Of a stretch of DNA of 64,000 bases, positions 47,735-60,479 are shown in pieces; positions within the stretch are counted from its first letter, which is position 1; every line of letters begins with the position of its first letter. The notes below the pieces were generated by a model. The model was not told where the DNA came from and did no database searches. It saw nothing but the letters and a program-made list of their open reading frames with translations. Source of the stretch: Lama guanicoe (taxonomy: Eukaryota); assembly GCA_013239625.1 (NCBI GenBank), contig MU056116.1:1-64000 (forward strand). The letters run 5' to 3'. A program made the translations under genes and the position numbers.

Positions 47735-47940
47735 ACACCCTGGGCCTGAATCCTGGCCTGGCCACTCCCTGGCCGGATGGCTGTGGGTGAGTCACTTCTC
47801 CTTCCTGTGACTCATTTCCCCACCTGTAAAATAGGAACAGCAACACTATCCACCTTACAGGGATGTTGTGGGGGTGAAAGGCGTTAGCATGTCAACACTT
47901 AGACTGATGCCCAGCACGCAGGGAGAATTTACGGGTATTT
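47735..47940 (+). mobile_element. MIR SINE
   Basis: cctgaatcctggcc...ctcatttccccacctgtaaaatagg...cagggatgttgtgggg...gcccagcac. Confidence 0.8.
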
Positions 47941-48759
47941 AATCAAGTATTCTCCTTTACCTTTCCATCTATTACATACAAGTTCATACTGAAATATGAT
48001 CTGGGGGTTGAAACCGTTCATCCACTTACCTGTTGGATCCTTAATTTTTTTCTAATCAATTTCTGTGAGCTCTTTATGGAATGTGGATATTTTCTGGGAA
48101 TATATTATCTCAGCCTGCCCTCATTTGTATATTTGAAACATTTTTTATTACCGAATCTTTTGAATGTCTCCTTTGTGATTTTTAAATGAAACCAGAGTCC
48201 ATAAATTAATCTTGCACCTAAGATCTAATGTTCAGTAACATTTTTAGACATGGTTTGATTTATTATTATAATTTTATTTCAGTATATAGTGTTTTATTTT
48301 CCGAATCAATTACTATTAAATTCTTTATTTCATTTGTTATGTGTTAAGTCTTATTCAGGAGAGCACTTGAAAACGTTGGAGGGGATGGAGCTCCTCTGGT
48401 TTAAATATAAATGACTAATATTAGATATTATATTGGGGCCATAAATATGGATTGCAAGATTTCTACTTCTTTAAAGTTTATTGATAATTTCTTTATGACC
48501 TTGAGAAAAATACAATCACTCCCATAAATATTATTTTGCATCTTGAAAATAACTAGCACCGCACACAGCTCTACAGTTTACAAAACCTTCTGTTTCTCTC
48601 GTGATCCCCCAGACGATGTGACGTGGTTGCCAGTGTCTGGATTCGGACCCCAGAGAGTTACAATCACATATAACAATTGTATTTCTGCCCGCTTCTCTGG
48701 TATGTCTGATACATTTTCCTTGGAGTGTTTTGTTGCCATGTTGTTTGGCTCATGAAAGG

Positions 48760-48960
48760 AAAAGGAAATTTATTGAGTGGCTATTACCCAGGCTGCCGTG
48801 TGAAAGTGTTCACATAGAGTTCCTCCAGTTTCACAGCAGCTCCGTGAGGTCTCTCGTGGTATTTCCACTGTTAGGGACAAAGAAAATGGCATAGAAAGAG
48901 ACTGGTGTCCCCAAACTCCTCTGGCTGACAGCAGGTCAATGGCAGGCAGTCTGAGGACAG
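48760..48960 (-). mobile_element. MIR fragment
   Basis: atttattgagtggcta...cacagcagctccgtgaggt...ccactgttagggacaaagaaa. Confidence 0.55.
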
Positions 48961-49404
48961 CCTTTCCTGATTAATCCTATAATTCTTTCATCTAAAATGG
49001 GTCCCCTTGACAGATTCCTGGAAGCAGAATTAGACAAAGATTGTGAATATTCTGAAGGCTCTTGTAGCATCTTACTTAATCACTTTTCATAAAAAACGCT
49101 CCCGTTTATAACCACAGTCTCTGTGCATGAGACGGCACCCTTCCCCAAATGGCCCCTCACCCACCAACCCCTACGTGCAGTGTCTGAAACACCCTGCTAA
49201 CTATCTGCTGCCTTTGGGGAAACGGCACAGACGTCCACACCAGGGAGGCCAAGGTCCATGGCCAGCTCTTGCTCTGCTGCTTAAAACCTGTGAGTCATGT
49301 ACTCGTTCAGAGCCTCCAAGCTTTGTTCTCATGATAAGCACTGTAACCAACATGCACAAAATAGAGATGACGGGGAGACTTAAGATATATCCGGTTGGGT
49401 TTAC

Positions 49405-49868
49405 AGCAGCACGGATGGACCTGGAGATTGCCATATGAAGTGAAGTAAGCCAGAAGGAGAAAGACAAATATCATATGATACCACTTGTATGTGGAATCTA
49501 AAACAGTGAGACAAATGAACCTATTTACCAAACAGAAACAGGCTCACAGACATCGACAATGAACTTATGGTTACCAGGGGGAAAGAGGAGATGGAGGGAT
49601 AAATTGGGAGTTTGGGATTTGCAGATATAACTACAATATATCAAATAGATAAACAGCAAGGTCCTACCATATAGCACAGGGAACTATATTTACTACCTTG
49701 TAATAACCTGTAATGAAAAAGAATATGAAAAGAAATATATATGTATAATTGAATCACTATGCTGTGCACCAGAAATTAAATTAACACGTTATAAATTGAC
49801 TATACCTGAATTGACTATACCTGAATAAATTGACTATACCTGACTATACCTGAATTAAAAAAAAAAAA
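49405..49868 (+). mobile_element. L1 3' end with an internally repeated terminus
   Basis: ggatggacctggagattgccatatgaagtgaagtaagccag...tagcacagggaactatatt...poly-A. Confidence 0.93.
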
Positions 49869-50519
49869 CCCATAGAATTAAAAAAAAGCCGCCTCGGGGT
49901 TAGCCTCCCGGGACCTGGCTAATGCCCTGCAGGAGGCGTCCTCACTGGGCTCCACAGGCACCTGCAGAACGTGAGCACACTTTCGGGCTCCGGGACCTGA
50001 TGGCAAAATCTTGAAAACTGCGTTTGTAAAATATAGTTTGTGTTACAGGATGAAAACATTGTATCTCTCCAAACAACGTTAGATGGTTGACAGGCCACCG
50101 TGCTTAGTAAAGCAACACACACAGTAACAGCAGGAACGTTCTGGAAACCGGAGCCGGGGCCACCGAGCCCTCAGGGGGCAGGAGCCGTGTGAGAAGTCCG
50201 TCCGCACCCCCGTCCTTCTCCCCATCCTGCAAGCGCCCTGCCTGCAGGTGCCCGCTGTGCCCACTAGAGGCCCGGAGCGGGGAGCCGCGTTCCATGTCCT
50301 CGGTGGGGCCTGGGCAGTCTGCCTGCGGAGACAGCTTTGCCCTCTCATGATATCCAGACCGCCTTCCACTGAGTGAGGATGAAGAGAATGTTCTCCTCCT
50401 GATTTCACTGTCACCAGAACAGCGGCCGCACGTTGCTCCGTGGGTGGTGAGACGCGTGAAAACCCTGAAGGCCCAGCGTCCGCGCAGCGGCACCAGCTCG
50501 GGCGGATGTAGCAGAGGAA

Positions 50520-50790
50520 GTGTTCCTGGAAAGGGAATCAGGCAGCTCCCAGAACTAGGCTGGGAGGTGGGCAGGGCAGCAGAGGGAGGCTGGGCTGCAT
50601 CCGTCAGCATCACTGTCCCCCTGCGGGGGCTGCCATGGCCACCTCAGGGTCCATCTCCACATCCAGGCTCTGCCTCTCTCTGCACATGTGACTGGTGGCG
50701 CCTGGTCATGCGACCAGACCCTAACTGCAAGAGATGCTGGGAAAGAGAGGATCTGGTCTTTCTGGCTCCACTTTCTACCAAGATTCACAA
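50520..50790 (-). mobile_element. Old MaLR LTR fragment (MLT1J/K-like)
   Basis: ggtcatgcgaccagaccctaactgcaagagatgctgggaaa. Confidence 0.5.
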
Positions 50791-53484
50791 GGTAGGGTAT
50801 TCTTAAAGCTCAGATACGGGTTTTGGATCCTGTGAAACCAAAAACAAATGACAAATGTCTACTTTTCTAAAAGAAAAAAAAAGAAGAACACTCTAGATCT
50901 GTGCGTCCTTAAAATACATCGGAGAGTGTGATCTGCAATATTCACGGGGATATAAAGTCTTCAACTTATTCTCAAATGATCCAGAAATGAGACAGAGAGA
51001 AACTGGGCTGTGAAAGCAAATTGTGTGCATTTCTTTCCAACCCTGAGTTCAGTGGTGACACGTTGGTAGCTAGAAGTCAGCCGTAGGGGGCGTTTTTACA
51101 CCACAGACATTGACAAACACTTTCCCCGCAGGCAGCTGGTTTGTTAAACACGGTCCACTCCGTGGGAAGATCCCTCTTTTCCTGCCTCTGCAGGCCTGAT
51201 GAAATCTCCCCGGGGATTCAAGTTCGCCTCCATCCCCTTCAGCTACCTCCTTTCCTTCCTTTGCATCTTCTTGATGGAGTTTGGTTTGGTCCTGCCCCCA
51301 AGTCCGGAATGACTGACTTCTCTGCCCACTGATGAAATACATCAGTTAGGATCCAATTGCAATGGCAACTACCTGATCCATTTTAAAACAGACTCCACTT
51401 TTCCAGATAGCTGCCAATATGCCCCAAAGTCGCAGCTACCATTTTAGCCACAATGAACGTCACCACAAGGACTGAATGTGATAATGAAGATAAAGCTTTC
51501 AGTATTTTGGGGTGAGGGGCAAGTGTTTGGGAAAGTCGTTTACAGGGAAAAGGGACTGTAACATTTGTCGTCCTCAGAGTTCAGACAGCAGATCTGTAAC
51601 AGGGAGGTGGGGGATGGGAAGTGTGAAAATGGGGGAGAAAATGACATGAAGATCTTTGGATTAAGGACCAGCTCCCTGCTTGTTGGTCCTGGTTGTGGTT
51701 TTTAGCCTGAATTGCCTCACATTTGGAGCAGAAAGAAAAGAGAACAGTTCTGAATGGGACCATCCAAGGAGAATCTTGGATGAGGCTCCGGCACCCACCC
51801 AGCCCCCTGCAAAATGCTTCCTTTTTTCTCTGGAGACTTCGTTGTCCCATGGGAGCTGATTGCACAACAGGAATATTTTCCTAAATATGTCTTCAGAACA
51901 TTTTGTGAAATAGCTTCTAGCTGGGTTTTTTTACAGACACTGGCTGTTTCTTTTGGGGCTATTTGTGTGTGACTAGCTGCCTTTGAGAGAGTCCGCGCTG
52001 TCTTTGCAAGTGTTTGAACGCGACTGAAAGATGCAAACGGCCACCAGGAGACAGAAGTCTTCTACCGTATGAACCACAAAGTCCTTACATTTCATGGTGG
52101 TGGCAGTTGGTTGGCTGCTGGGTTTCCCCTTCATTCCTATTGAAATCATAATTGCTTTACAATTAAAATGTAATTATACTGTCAAAGAATGATTCCACAG
52201 TTACTCTAGCACAGTGATTTACAAAACGGAAAACATACTTTTCAAGGATTTCTGGAAGTTCCTTTCCACATGGCATCGCTGAGCCCTTTCATAATTGGTG
52301 CCTTTCCGGGCATCCCTCCAGAAGCTTCTCAGCTGTCACATGTTTAAGGTCAACTGTACAAATATTAGCTTATCATCTACTCAGGGCTTCTGAAAGCATG
52401 ATAGTGGTTATCTGGAGTGATCTAACTGCTGCTTTGTTTGGAAAATAGATAAATTCTTAGTGCTTCTGAGACATTGCACATGCCAGGAGCTCTAAACCTT
52501 GTCATAATTCCTCAAGGATGAAGAACTTCCAACCCTCCCTTGAGGCTTTGAAGAAGGGAAACTAGGAAGAAAGAAAGACAGGGAATTAGAAAGAAGGAGG
52601 GAGGGAGGGAGAGAGGGAGGGAGAGGAATCAGCCTCACCTCAGGGTGAGGCTGAGATCCTCTGGGTAACACGTGTCTCCTCTGCCCCCTTCCTGTCCTCC
52701 TGGCCTCCCCTCTCTCCCGCTCCAGTCCTCTGTCTCCTCCCTTCTTCCTTCATTGTACATTTCGCTCTTCCTTCCATCTTTGCCTCCTCTGAACCCTGAC
52801 GGGGCAGGGGAGATGCTGGGCTGGATTGGGAGCTGCCTCCTGTTTCCAGGCACCTGCTAAGGCCTCGGAACGCAGAATGCGACTCTGTGCCGGCACCGTG
52901 AGACTCCGTGCCGGCAGCACGGATGGCGGGGGGCCCGCTGCAGCCCACCGGGTCTGGGTGTGCTGGGCTCGTGCTGGCTTGAAGCTGGCCCTTCTGGAGG
53001 ACAGGCCTGGCCCCTCCCTCCTCTGGGCCCCTGACCCAGAGCGGGGACGGCCGGAGGAGCCGTCCGAGGGGGCACTGACTGTGCTTCCCTGGCCTGGACT
53101 CACTGTCGTTTTACAGAAATGTGTGCAGTCCCAGAAAATGAAACAACAAGAATAATGGCTTAGATAATCATTTAAATAGAATTTACATTCCTGTGTCCTG
53201 TTGTGCATTCGGTGCAAGTGAAAAACAAACAAACAAACAAAAAGTCAAGCAAACAAACAGGGAAAGCCGGCAGGGCCTGCTGGTTTCCCAAACCCCTGGG
53301 CTAATATTCCCCCTGGGCTGGCCTCACGCAGGCCCACCCGTCACTTCCTCCCACCCCTGCCCCTGACTCCCACCAGGCCCAGCTTCCGGCCTTGGCCTGG
53401 GGTGGAGGAACTGGCCAAGCCCGCCTATCTGCTGCAACCTCCAGTTCTCCTTATCACCACAGTGCATTTAAAAAGGCTCCGCTG

Positions 53485-54850
53485 AGCCCTCCTACCTGCT
53501 GGTGGGAATGGAAACTGGTGCAGCTGAGACAGGAGGAAGGGGGCAGGGCACAGCCCCTCAAGGAATGACAGCAGTCTGACACCACAATGGTGGAAGATTC
53601 ACCTCCCAGTGGGCCTTGAGGATCAAGAGGTTTGACTTCTAGTGGACTTGAGCTTCATTATATGCTCATTGCAACAGCCTGATAAATAACACACCCGCAG
53701 GTGCCATGACAGCCCCAAGGCTGACCGCTAAAGGGGGTGGCCCAATTCCTGGGAATGCCAGCCGCCTCCCCAGGGCAGTTGGAATGATTCCACCTGTAGG
53801 CATGTGAAGCTACTGAGACCATAAAAACTGACAACACCACGCCTAGTGGCCCTTTGCACACTCTCTCCCCTCTGGAGTCGGCCTGCACTCTGTCTGTGGA
53901 GTGTGTACCTGCTTTCACTTTAACCTGAGCGCCCAATTCCCACACCTCTTTCCTTGCCTTTCTCTTGCCTTACACTCTATGCAGTGTGTATCTCTCTAAA
54001 TAAATCTACTTTCACTCAACTGTGGCTCACACTTGAATTCTTTCCTGCGCGAAGCCAAGGACCCACACCTGGCGGGGCAGGTCCCAGGGAATCAACCAAG
54101 ACCTGGGACTTGGCCCTCCTCATGCCCCACATCCGTTTTCCTGCATCACAGCCACTATGGAGGACAGCATGGAGGTTCCTTAAAAAGCTAAAAATAGACT
54201 TACCGTATGACCCGGCAATCCCACTCCTAGGCATATACCTGGAGGGAACTCTATTTCAAAAAAATACATGCACCCCAGTGTTCATAGCAGCACTATTTAC
54301 AATAGCCAAGACATGGAAACAACCTAAACTTCCATTGACAGATCAGTGAATAAAAAAGATGTGTTATATATGTATATATGCAATGGAAAATTACTCAGCC
54401 ATAAAAAAGAAAGAAAAGCCATTTGCAGTAACATGGGTGGACCTAGAGATTGTCATATCAAGTGAAGTAAGTCAGGCATAAAAAGACAAATAGCACATGA
54501 TATAACTTACATGTGGAATCTAAAAACAGATAGAAATTCTATTTACAAACCAGAAATAGACTCACAGACATAGAAAACAGACTTTGGTAACCAAAGGGGA
54601 AAGGGAAGGAGGGATAAATTAGGAATTTAGGGTTAACAGATACACATGACTGTATATAAAATAGATAAACAACAAGGTCCTGCTGTAGAGCACAGAGAAC
54701 TAATTCAATATCTTGTAGTAACATATAATGGAAAGGAATCTGAAAAGGAACAATATGTACATGTGTGTGTATGTACAACTGCATTACTTTGCTGTACACC
54801 TGAAACGAACATTGTACATCAACGACACTGCAATAAAAAATAAAATTAAA
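53485..54850 (+). mobile_element. 5'-truncated L1 interrupted by a solo LTR
   Basis: ctgctggtgggaatggaaactggtgcagc | cactatggaggacagcatggaggttcc; peptide [23 protein letters not shown]...[16 protein letters not shown] (L1 ORF2 C-terminus); 3' UTR and A-tail. Confidence 0.95.
53525..54148 (+). mobile_element. Solo LTR, ERV1-type, 4-bp TSD CAGC
   Basis: TG...CA termini, TATA-like cataaaa at about 53820, aataaa at about 54000, cagc at 53521-53524 and 54149-54152. Confidence 0.93.
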
Positions 54851-54879
54851 AAAGTCTCTGTTAAGTAAACATAATTACC

Positions 54880-55108
54880 AGTGCCGTGTGTTATATCTGA
54901 AAGTTGTTAAGAGAGTAAATCCTGAGTTCTCATCACAAGGGAAAAACTGCTTCTATTTCTTTAGTCTCGTATCTGCATGAGATGGCAGATGCTCACGAAA
55001 CTTACTGTGGTCATCATTTCATGATGTGTGTCAGTCCAGTCATGATGCTGCACACCCCACACAGTGTCAGGTGGCAGTGACACCTCACTAAAACTGGAAG
55101 GCAAAAAT
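54880..55108 (+). mobile_element. L1MA-type 3' UTR
   Basis: gaaagttgttaagagagtaaatcctgagttctcatcacaag...ttactgtggtcatcatttc...aaaactggaa. Confidence 0.82.
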
Positions 55109-55359
55109 CAACAAAAGACCATTAGCTGAAAGAAAGAAGTCTCCATGCAATAGCTTGAGATCTGGGCACACAAATCACATGGAACTAACACGTTGTCTTT
55201 GCTAAGATTCTTAGATTATAAGCAACAGAAATTAAGTTTAAGTAGATGAGGGGCAGAGGGCAAGATTCTTAAGTTACAAGCATCAGAAGTAAAATGATAA
55301 GATAAAAGTGGGGCTGTTTTATGGGTTCTGGGGGTCCCGTGGAGCCAAGAGCTGGAACA

Positions 55360-55800
55360 AGGCGGGTGCAGGACGGGAGCCCGTGGGCGCCGTCCCCGGC
55401 GTGCTCTCTGGGTCACCCGTTTCCCTTGCAAACAGCTCCCCTGGGCCTCACTGCTCCGCCGGGACGGAGCACAGACGCCTCTCCCAGCTCGACAAGGCGC
55501 GCTGCCAGCCCTCCGCTGACGGACCAAACTCGGTTTCACCTTAAATTCCTGGCCCAGGTTGGGTCAAGTGTCCCCGCGGGAGCCACCTAGGGATGGCCAG
55601 GAGGGTGGTCAGCCAGAACAGCGAGGGTGGTCCAGGCCAGGCCGGGTCCTGCAGCCTTTCGGGGAAGAGGCGGTGGGGGCGGCTCCTGGGAACCGCAGGC
55701 CACGGCAGCACACCGAGAGCATCCGTCCCGACGGAACGCGGTCGTGTGGAGGCACCTCAGCTGCGTCCTTCCCTTCCCAGCCGCGTGGCCCTCCCACGGC
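55360..55800. other. CpG-rich patch
   Basis: Dense CpGs (ggcgccgtccccggcg, ccgtcccgacggaacgcggtcg). Confidence 0.55.
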
Positions 55801-56379
55801 TCTTTTGACCTCAGTTTCCATGTGTGCTAATGAGAACAAATGTGTCCTGTTTACTTCAGAGAGACTCAGAGGAATTTACAAATGTGAAACTTTAAAACAA
55901 ATTGGAAGCGTGTGGTTTTATTTTTTTGGTTTGTTTGTTTTTTGTTTTTTAACGAATCTGAAAGCATTGATGTGTTCTCCCAAGGACCACAATGGTCGTC
56001 ATCTGTAGTCGATGAGTGAGGAGAATGAGGAGGGATGGGGCCAGCTGTCAAGTAACCGTCACCCTGGACTGATGGAATCTGCTGGCCATTTGCAGGGAAC
56101 ACTCGGGACCAGAAACGAGCCTGCGTGCTGTTCCAACAAAACCCACTAATAAAAACGCTAGAAATCACTTACAGTGGTTTTCATTTAAAATACGCTACAG
56201 TCGACAAGAATGTTAACACTCAGTGTAATGCTGAGATCATCAAGTGGAACTTCTCAGAGGCAGGGAATTAGCTCCATAGAGACCAGGGTCTGATGACTCT
56301 TTAAAATCATATAAAAATGATGCCATAAATATTAAGTATCTTTTCCCAAACATATAACAATACATTATTTAAAACAGTA

Positions 56380-56520
56380 TCAGCTTATCATGTGCTAAGT
56401 ACTATGCCATGTATTTGTCACATGTTATCATGAATTTAATTCTCAAAGCAAACCTGAGACATATCACACACCGTCTTTACTTTGCGGTTGAGGACATCAA
56501 AGGTGAAGCTCTCCCTGTGT
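56380..56520 (-). mobile_element. MIR fragment
   Basis: atgtgctaagtactatgc...atttaattctca...tttgcggttgaggac. Confidence 0.55.
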
Positions 56521-57249
56521 CAGGATAAGCGGGTGAGAAGTCACCTGTGAGACTTGCTGTTGGAGGGACGGGAGCAGCTGTCGAAAGGTGCGCAGGCAAG
56601 AATCAGAACAGCCACCTGTTGGTCCACTTGTGCTTTTAAGTGTATTTCCTCAGGCAATAGGCAAAGGAGGGCTAAAGCCTTTAAAAAAAATTCTGACCTT
56701 GGAAGGCAACATTTGTTGCTAAGTGGGAACTGAAAACATCCCTGATTTACTGATTCGCAGGAAGAAAACCAAGCACAGAGGAGATCAGCGTGGTTTCTGG
56801 AGGGATGGCTCGGCCAGTGCTGAAAACAGGAGGTTTGCTCAGAGACGGGAATAACACTCCTTCCTGGCAGGCTCTGAGCAGAGAGGAGGCTTCACTGAGA
56901 CCCATTAGGCAGGTGACAGGAAACCACTGGGCTGTGAAGGTGAAGGTCTTTCCAGGGACGGCTGAAGGGCTCACTGCTCTGGACAGAGGACAGGGGCTGC
57001 TCCACCGGGTTGGCCAATGAACTCAGTAGATCTGGAGCCCTGGATGTGAGGCCCCTTCCTGGAAGAGCTTTAATGGATCAAAGACAAACTGCCCTTGGCT
57101 GTGAACACACAGCAAAGTGCAGCGGACAAACCCAGAGGCAGGAGGGCCCAGTGCAGGGTGACGGGGGTGCTGAGTGTCCCCTCGGGGCTGCTCCGGGTCC
57201 TTGTCCCTGCTATCACCTACCTTGCGTTCTTTCCTCGCCACCATCCTTC

Positions 57250-57510
57250 ACCTGTCTAGCCTCTCTGGGCCTTGACATCTCGGGTTATTCTCTCCAGGAA
57301 GCCTTCGCAGCCCCTCTGAGCCAGCCTCGTCCCACCTACCCGCCGGCTCCCTGCTCACACTCACCACGTCACATTAGTGTCTGTTCATGGGATGTTCTTA
57401 CCTTAGAGCATAAATTCTTCCAGGAAATAGGTCTTATTTCTTACGGCGTCTCCAGCAACTAGCCTAGTACTTGGTGCGAAGTTATTGTTTAGTGAAAGTT
57501 TGTTGAGCTG
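57250..57510 (+). mobile_element. L2 3' region
   Basis: ctctccaggaagccttc...tagagcataaattcttccagg...tctccagcaactagcctagtacttgg...tttgttga. Confidence 0.7.
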
Positions 57511-57929
57511 TACGAAGCCTCAGGAAGTGGAATGAAAGCATCACTAGGAACAGCCTAGTAACCCCGGTGGAGCAACCACAGTGGAGTCAGGCGTGGCTGC
57601 CCCTTAACTTAGCGCCACCACGTGGCACTGGAGGGAACAGCACTTCAGGTCCTTCAGTTTGCCAGCCTTGAAATGATGGAAGTCTCCTTGTTTTGAGGTT
57701 AAGGAGTTGTATTATCTTGAATCTTTTGCATATAATTAAAATGTATTAATTTGTTAATACTATGCTATTTCAAACATGTGTAGTTTGAATTCACAAATAT
57801 GTGCTATAATTGGTGGATTTTAAGCAAAACAGAGAGGGGGTCTGAGAGCCCCTAAAACTGGGGCTGAAGGGACCTGGGCCACAGAGCCTCACGAAAGGTG
57901 GCAGCAGGTGCCACATGGTGATGACTTTG

Positions 57930-58130
57930 GTGGCTAGTGCGTATCTTGTGCTTGCTAGGAAAGAGTGTCATCCAATTCGATCCTTAAGTAACTGTAGGGT
58001 AGGTACTGTTTCCCATGAGGAAACTGAGACACGAAGAAAGCTGAGGTGTCCTGCCCAAGGTGGTGCCACGAGTGCACTGCCAGTGCCTCACCCGGGGGGC
58101 CTGGATTCTAGAGTCTGTAGGCATCACCTC
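57930..58130 (-). mobile_element. MIR SINE
   Basis: gtaggtactgtttcccatgaggaaactgagacac...cctgcccaagg. Confidence 0.72.
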
Positions 58131-59329
58131 TCTGCCCCTGCCTGTTCCCTGGATTTTTCTCTAGGTTATGAATTTGTGTTAGCCCTTAAGTAAATCTGTA
58201 TACAGAGCCCACTGAACTCAACAAATCCTTCTGGGGACCCCATCATCTTAGGAAGAATTCCTCCTGTACTCTAGGCATTCGCTGTATAGAAATTGCAAAT
58301 TACCCAAGGTTGACCTTTACTGCAGCCACTTTATAGAGTCTCTAAAGCCCAGAGGAAAACAAACCAACAAAACGCTGCAGGCAGTGTAAGTGCGACTGTC
58401 AGTGGTCTGGAAATCGCCCAGGGGGTGAACAGCCCAAACCAGTGCAGCTGGGGACCAGACAGGGATGGTCTGGACCTGACACTTGAGCAAAGACTCTCCA
58501 GACTCTGGACACGCCGCTGGGTTAGACCAGTTCTGCCGCCCTGTCATTTAACTAGTTTATTGGCACTGGCTTTTGTCACTAGGCTGGGCAGCTTGCCTCC
58601 AGTCTTCGATGTCCACTCACCAAAGAGATGTGGCGGTTCTAAAAAAAAAAATGCTGGGTTGTGTTGCAGCAGTGAAACAGGATACCCTGTGTGACTTAGC
58701 TTTTCCCTGGTTCCTCATCGAAGCAGCTCAGCCGCCTGGCATCAGCTAAAGTCTGCTAATAACACAATACATGCATCAAGTCAGCCTCACTCTCTGGAAG
58801 GAAGTTTGCAGCGAAGTCCCCAGGACTGAGATCAGAGCTCTCTGGTGTTTGTGGCGAACAGCAAATTGGAAGCAGTCTCGCCTCAGAACTCTGCCTCAGT
58901 CCCCAGAATTGTTCTCTGGTTTCTTGAACACAAAACAAACCCAAACAAAATAATGATTTTTTTTCCACTTAAGATGAAACACAGATATTCTTGAAAACTA
59001 AAACTCCATGAATTTAAGGAGGCAGGACTTTAAGACAAGTTGGTCCTAGAGAAAGGTTTTAGGGGTTATTCAGGCTTTTAGAAGCAGTAGATGTTTCTGG
59101 GTCAAAAGGAAATTGACTCACTGTCTGAAACCACAGTAGCAGCGCCAGGAACAGAATCGTAGAACCAGATTTCCAGGGACCGAGGGCAAAAAAAATGCAT
59201 GGAACTTCAGAACCTGATCTTGGTTTAGTGTCAGTTTATGTCCACGTAAGCTGAGTTCTGTTCTCACCATCTGTTCTTACCAACCCACTTGGCAGTGTCT
59301 TTTGATATTGAAAGCCGATTGGGAGGAAA

Positions 59330-59830
59330 AACTCAGCTGAATCACACACATAAAAGGCTGGAATATAGACTGCTTTAAGGACCTCATCAATATGACAAAG
59401 GATGTAGATCCTTACACACAGCTGTTAAAGATAAAGCAGAAAAATACCAATAACCCAATGGGAAATTGGGCAATGAGCATGAACAAGCAATCAACAGAAG
59501 AAATACAAATAGCCATTAAATTTAGGAGAATGTTTAAACTTTCTAGAAATTAAAGAAGTGCAGATTAAAGCAAGTGAGTTTTTTTTTCTGCCAGTTTGGA
59601 GGCACATGAGAGCGATAATGCCTGGTGCAGTGGGGCCCAGGGGACAGGCTTTGTTTGACACCGAATGTGACTGTGCAGGTTGGGATAAGCTTTCCAAAGC
59701 GCAATTTCAAATTACATATCAAAATTGTAAGTCGTGCATCCTTTGACTTCATTCCCATGAATTTAAGTGTAAGGAATGGTAGCATAAGTGCCTAAAGATA
59801 TATAAGGAGATTTTTACAAGACGATGTCAG
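59330..59830 (+). mobile_element. Old L1ME-type ORF2 fragment
   Basis: aataacccaatgggaaattgggcaatgagcatgaacaagcaatcaacagaagaaatacaaatagcc. Confidence 0.75.
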
Positions 59831-60479
59831 GAGACGAAAAAATAATCCCTATTATTATCTTTCCAGATTCTATGAAATATCAGACCCCAAATAAGGATGC
59901 GTACTGACTCAGGACTGGGAAGTGTGTTGAAATTTCTTCCCAATTGAGATGGGTCAAATTGATTCAGCAAGGCAAAATGTGAATTATAGCTTAACTTCAC
60001 ATCACTTTACAAATACCCCAATTGTGGTTGAGTTTTTAATCTTTCCAGTAAATGTTTGGGGATGAAATAAAGCAAGTCTTGCCAAGAATAGAAACTCGTG
60101 TCTGGGTACAAGTCAGACCCTGCTCATCTGGCCGGGGTGAGCCTATCATTGAAGAAATTGTACACTAACACCTTGGAGGAGTCAATGAGCTCCACGAATG
60201 GCTGGATTATATCCAGAGAAAAGATGTTGGCTGAGCTTCTGAGAACATCAGTGAAATCACTGAGCAAACTGATTCCTCTGCACTACATGTGGTTTGGTCA
60301 AATCTGGTGGTTAAAGAGATTACACTCCAGGCAGGAAAGTTGTTCCACAGAATGCTCTGTAAATAAAGAAAAGCTAATACAGCTCTCTTGTCCTTATTTA
60401 CACATTCCATAAAAATGCTTCAGAATGTGTGAAGTCCTGAACGTGTTTGACACACAAACAGCATAGCACTGAAATATGT

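Noticed and set aside
49791-49855. CRISPR-like repeat array
   Set aside because: No unique spacers, no cas genes, mammalian context; the units are L1 terminal sequence.
50261-50274. CTCF-like ccactagaggcccg
   Set aside because: Lacks the conserved GGC at the 3' end of the core in the correct register.
53954-54349. 131-aa ORF with a clear protein motif
   Set aside because: Chance read-through from the LTR into the L1 ORF2 C-terminus; not a host gene.
60098-60412. 104-aa ORF with protein-like composition
   Set aside because: Non-ATG start, no recognised domain, and no convincing acceptor/donor pair; lies between L1 relics.
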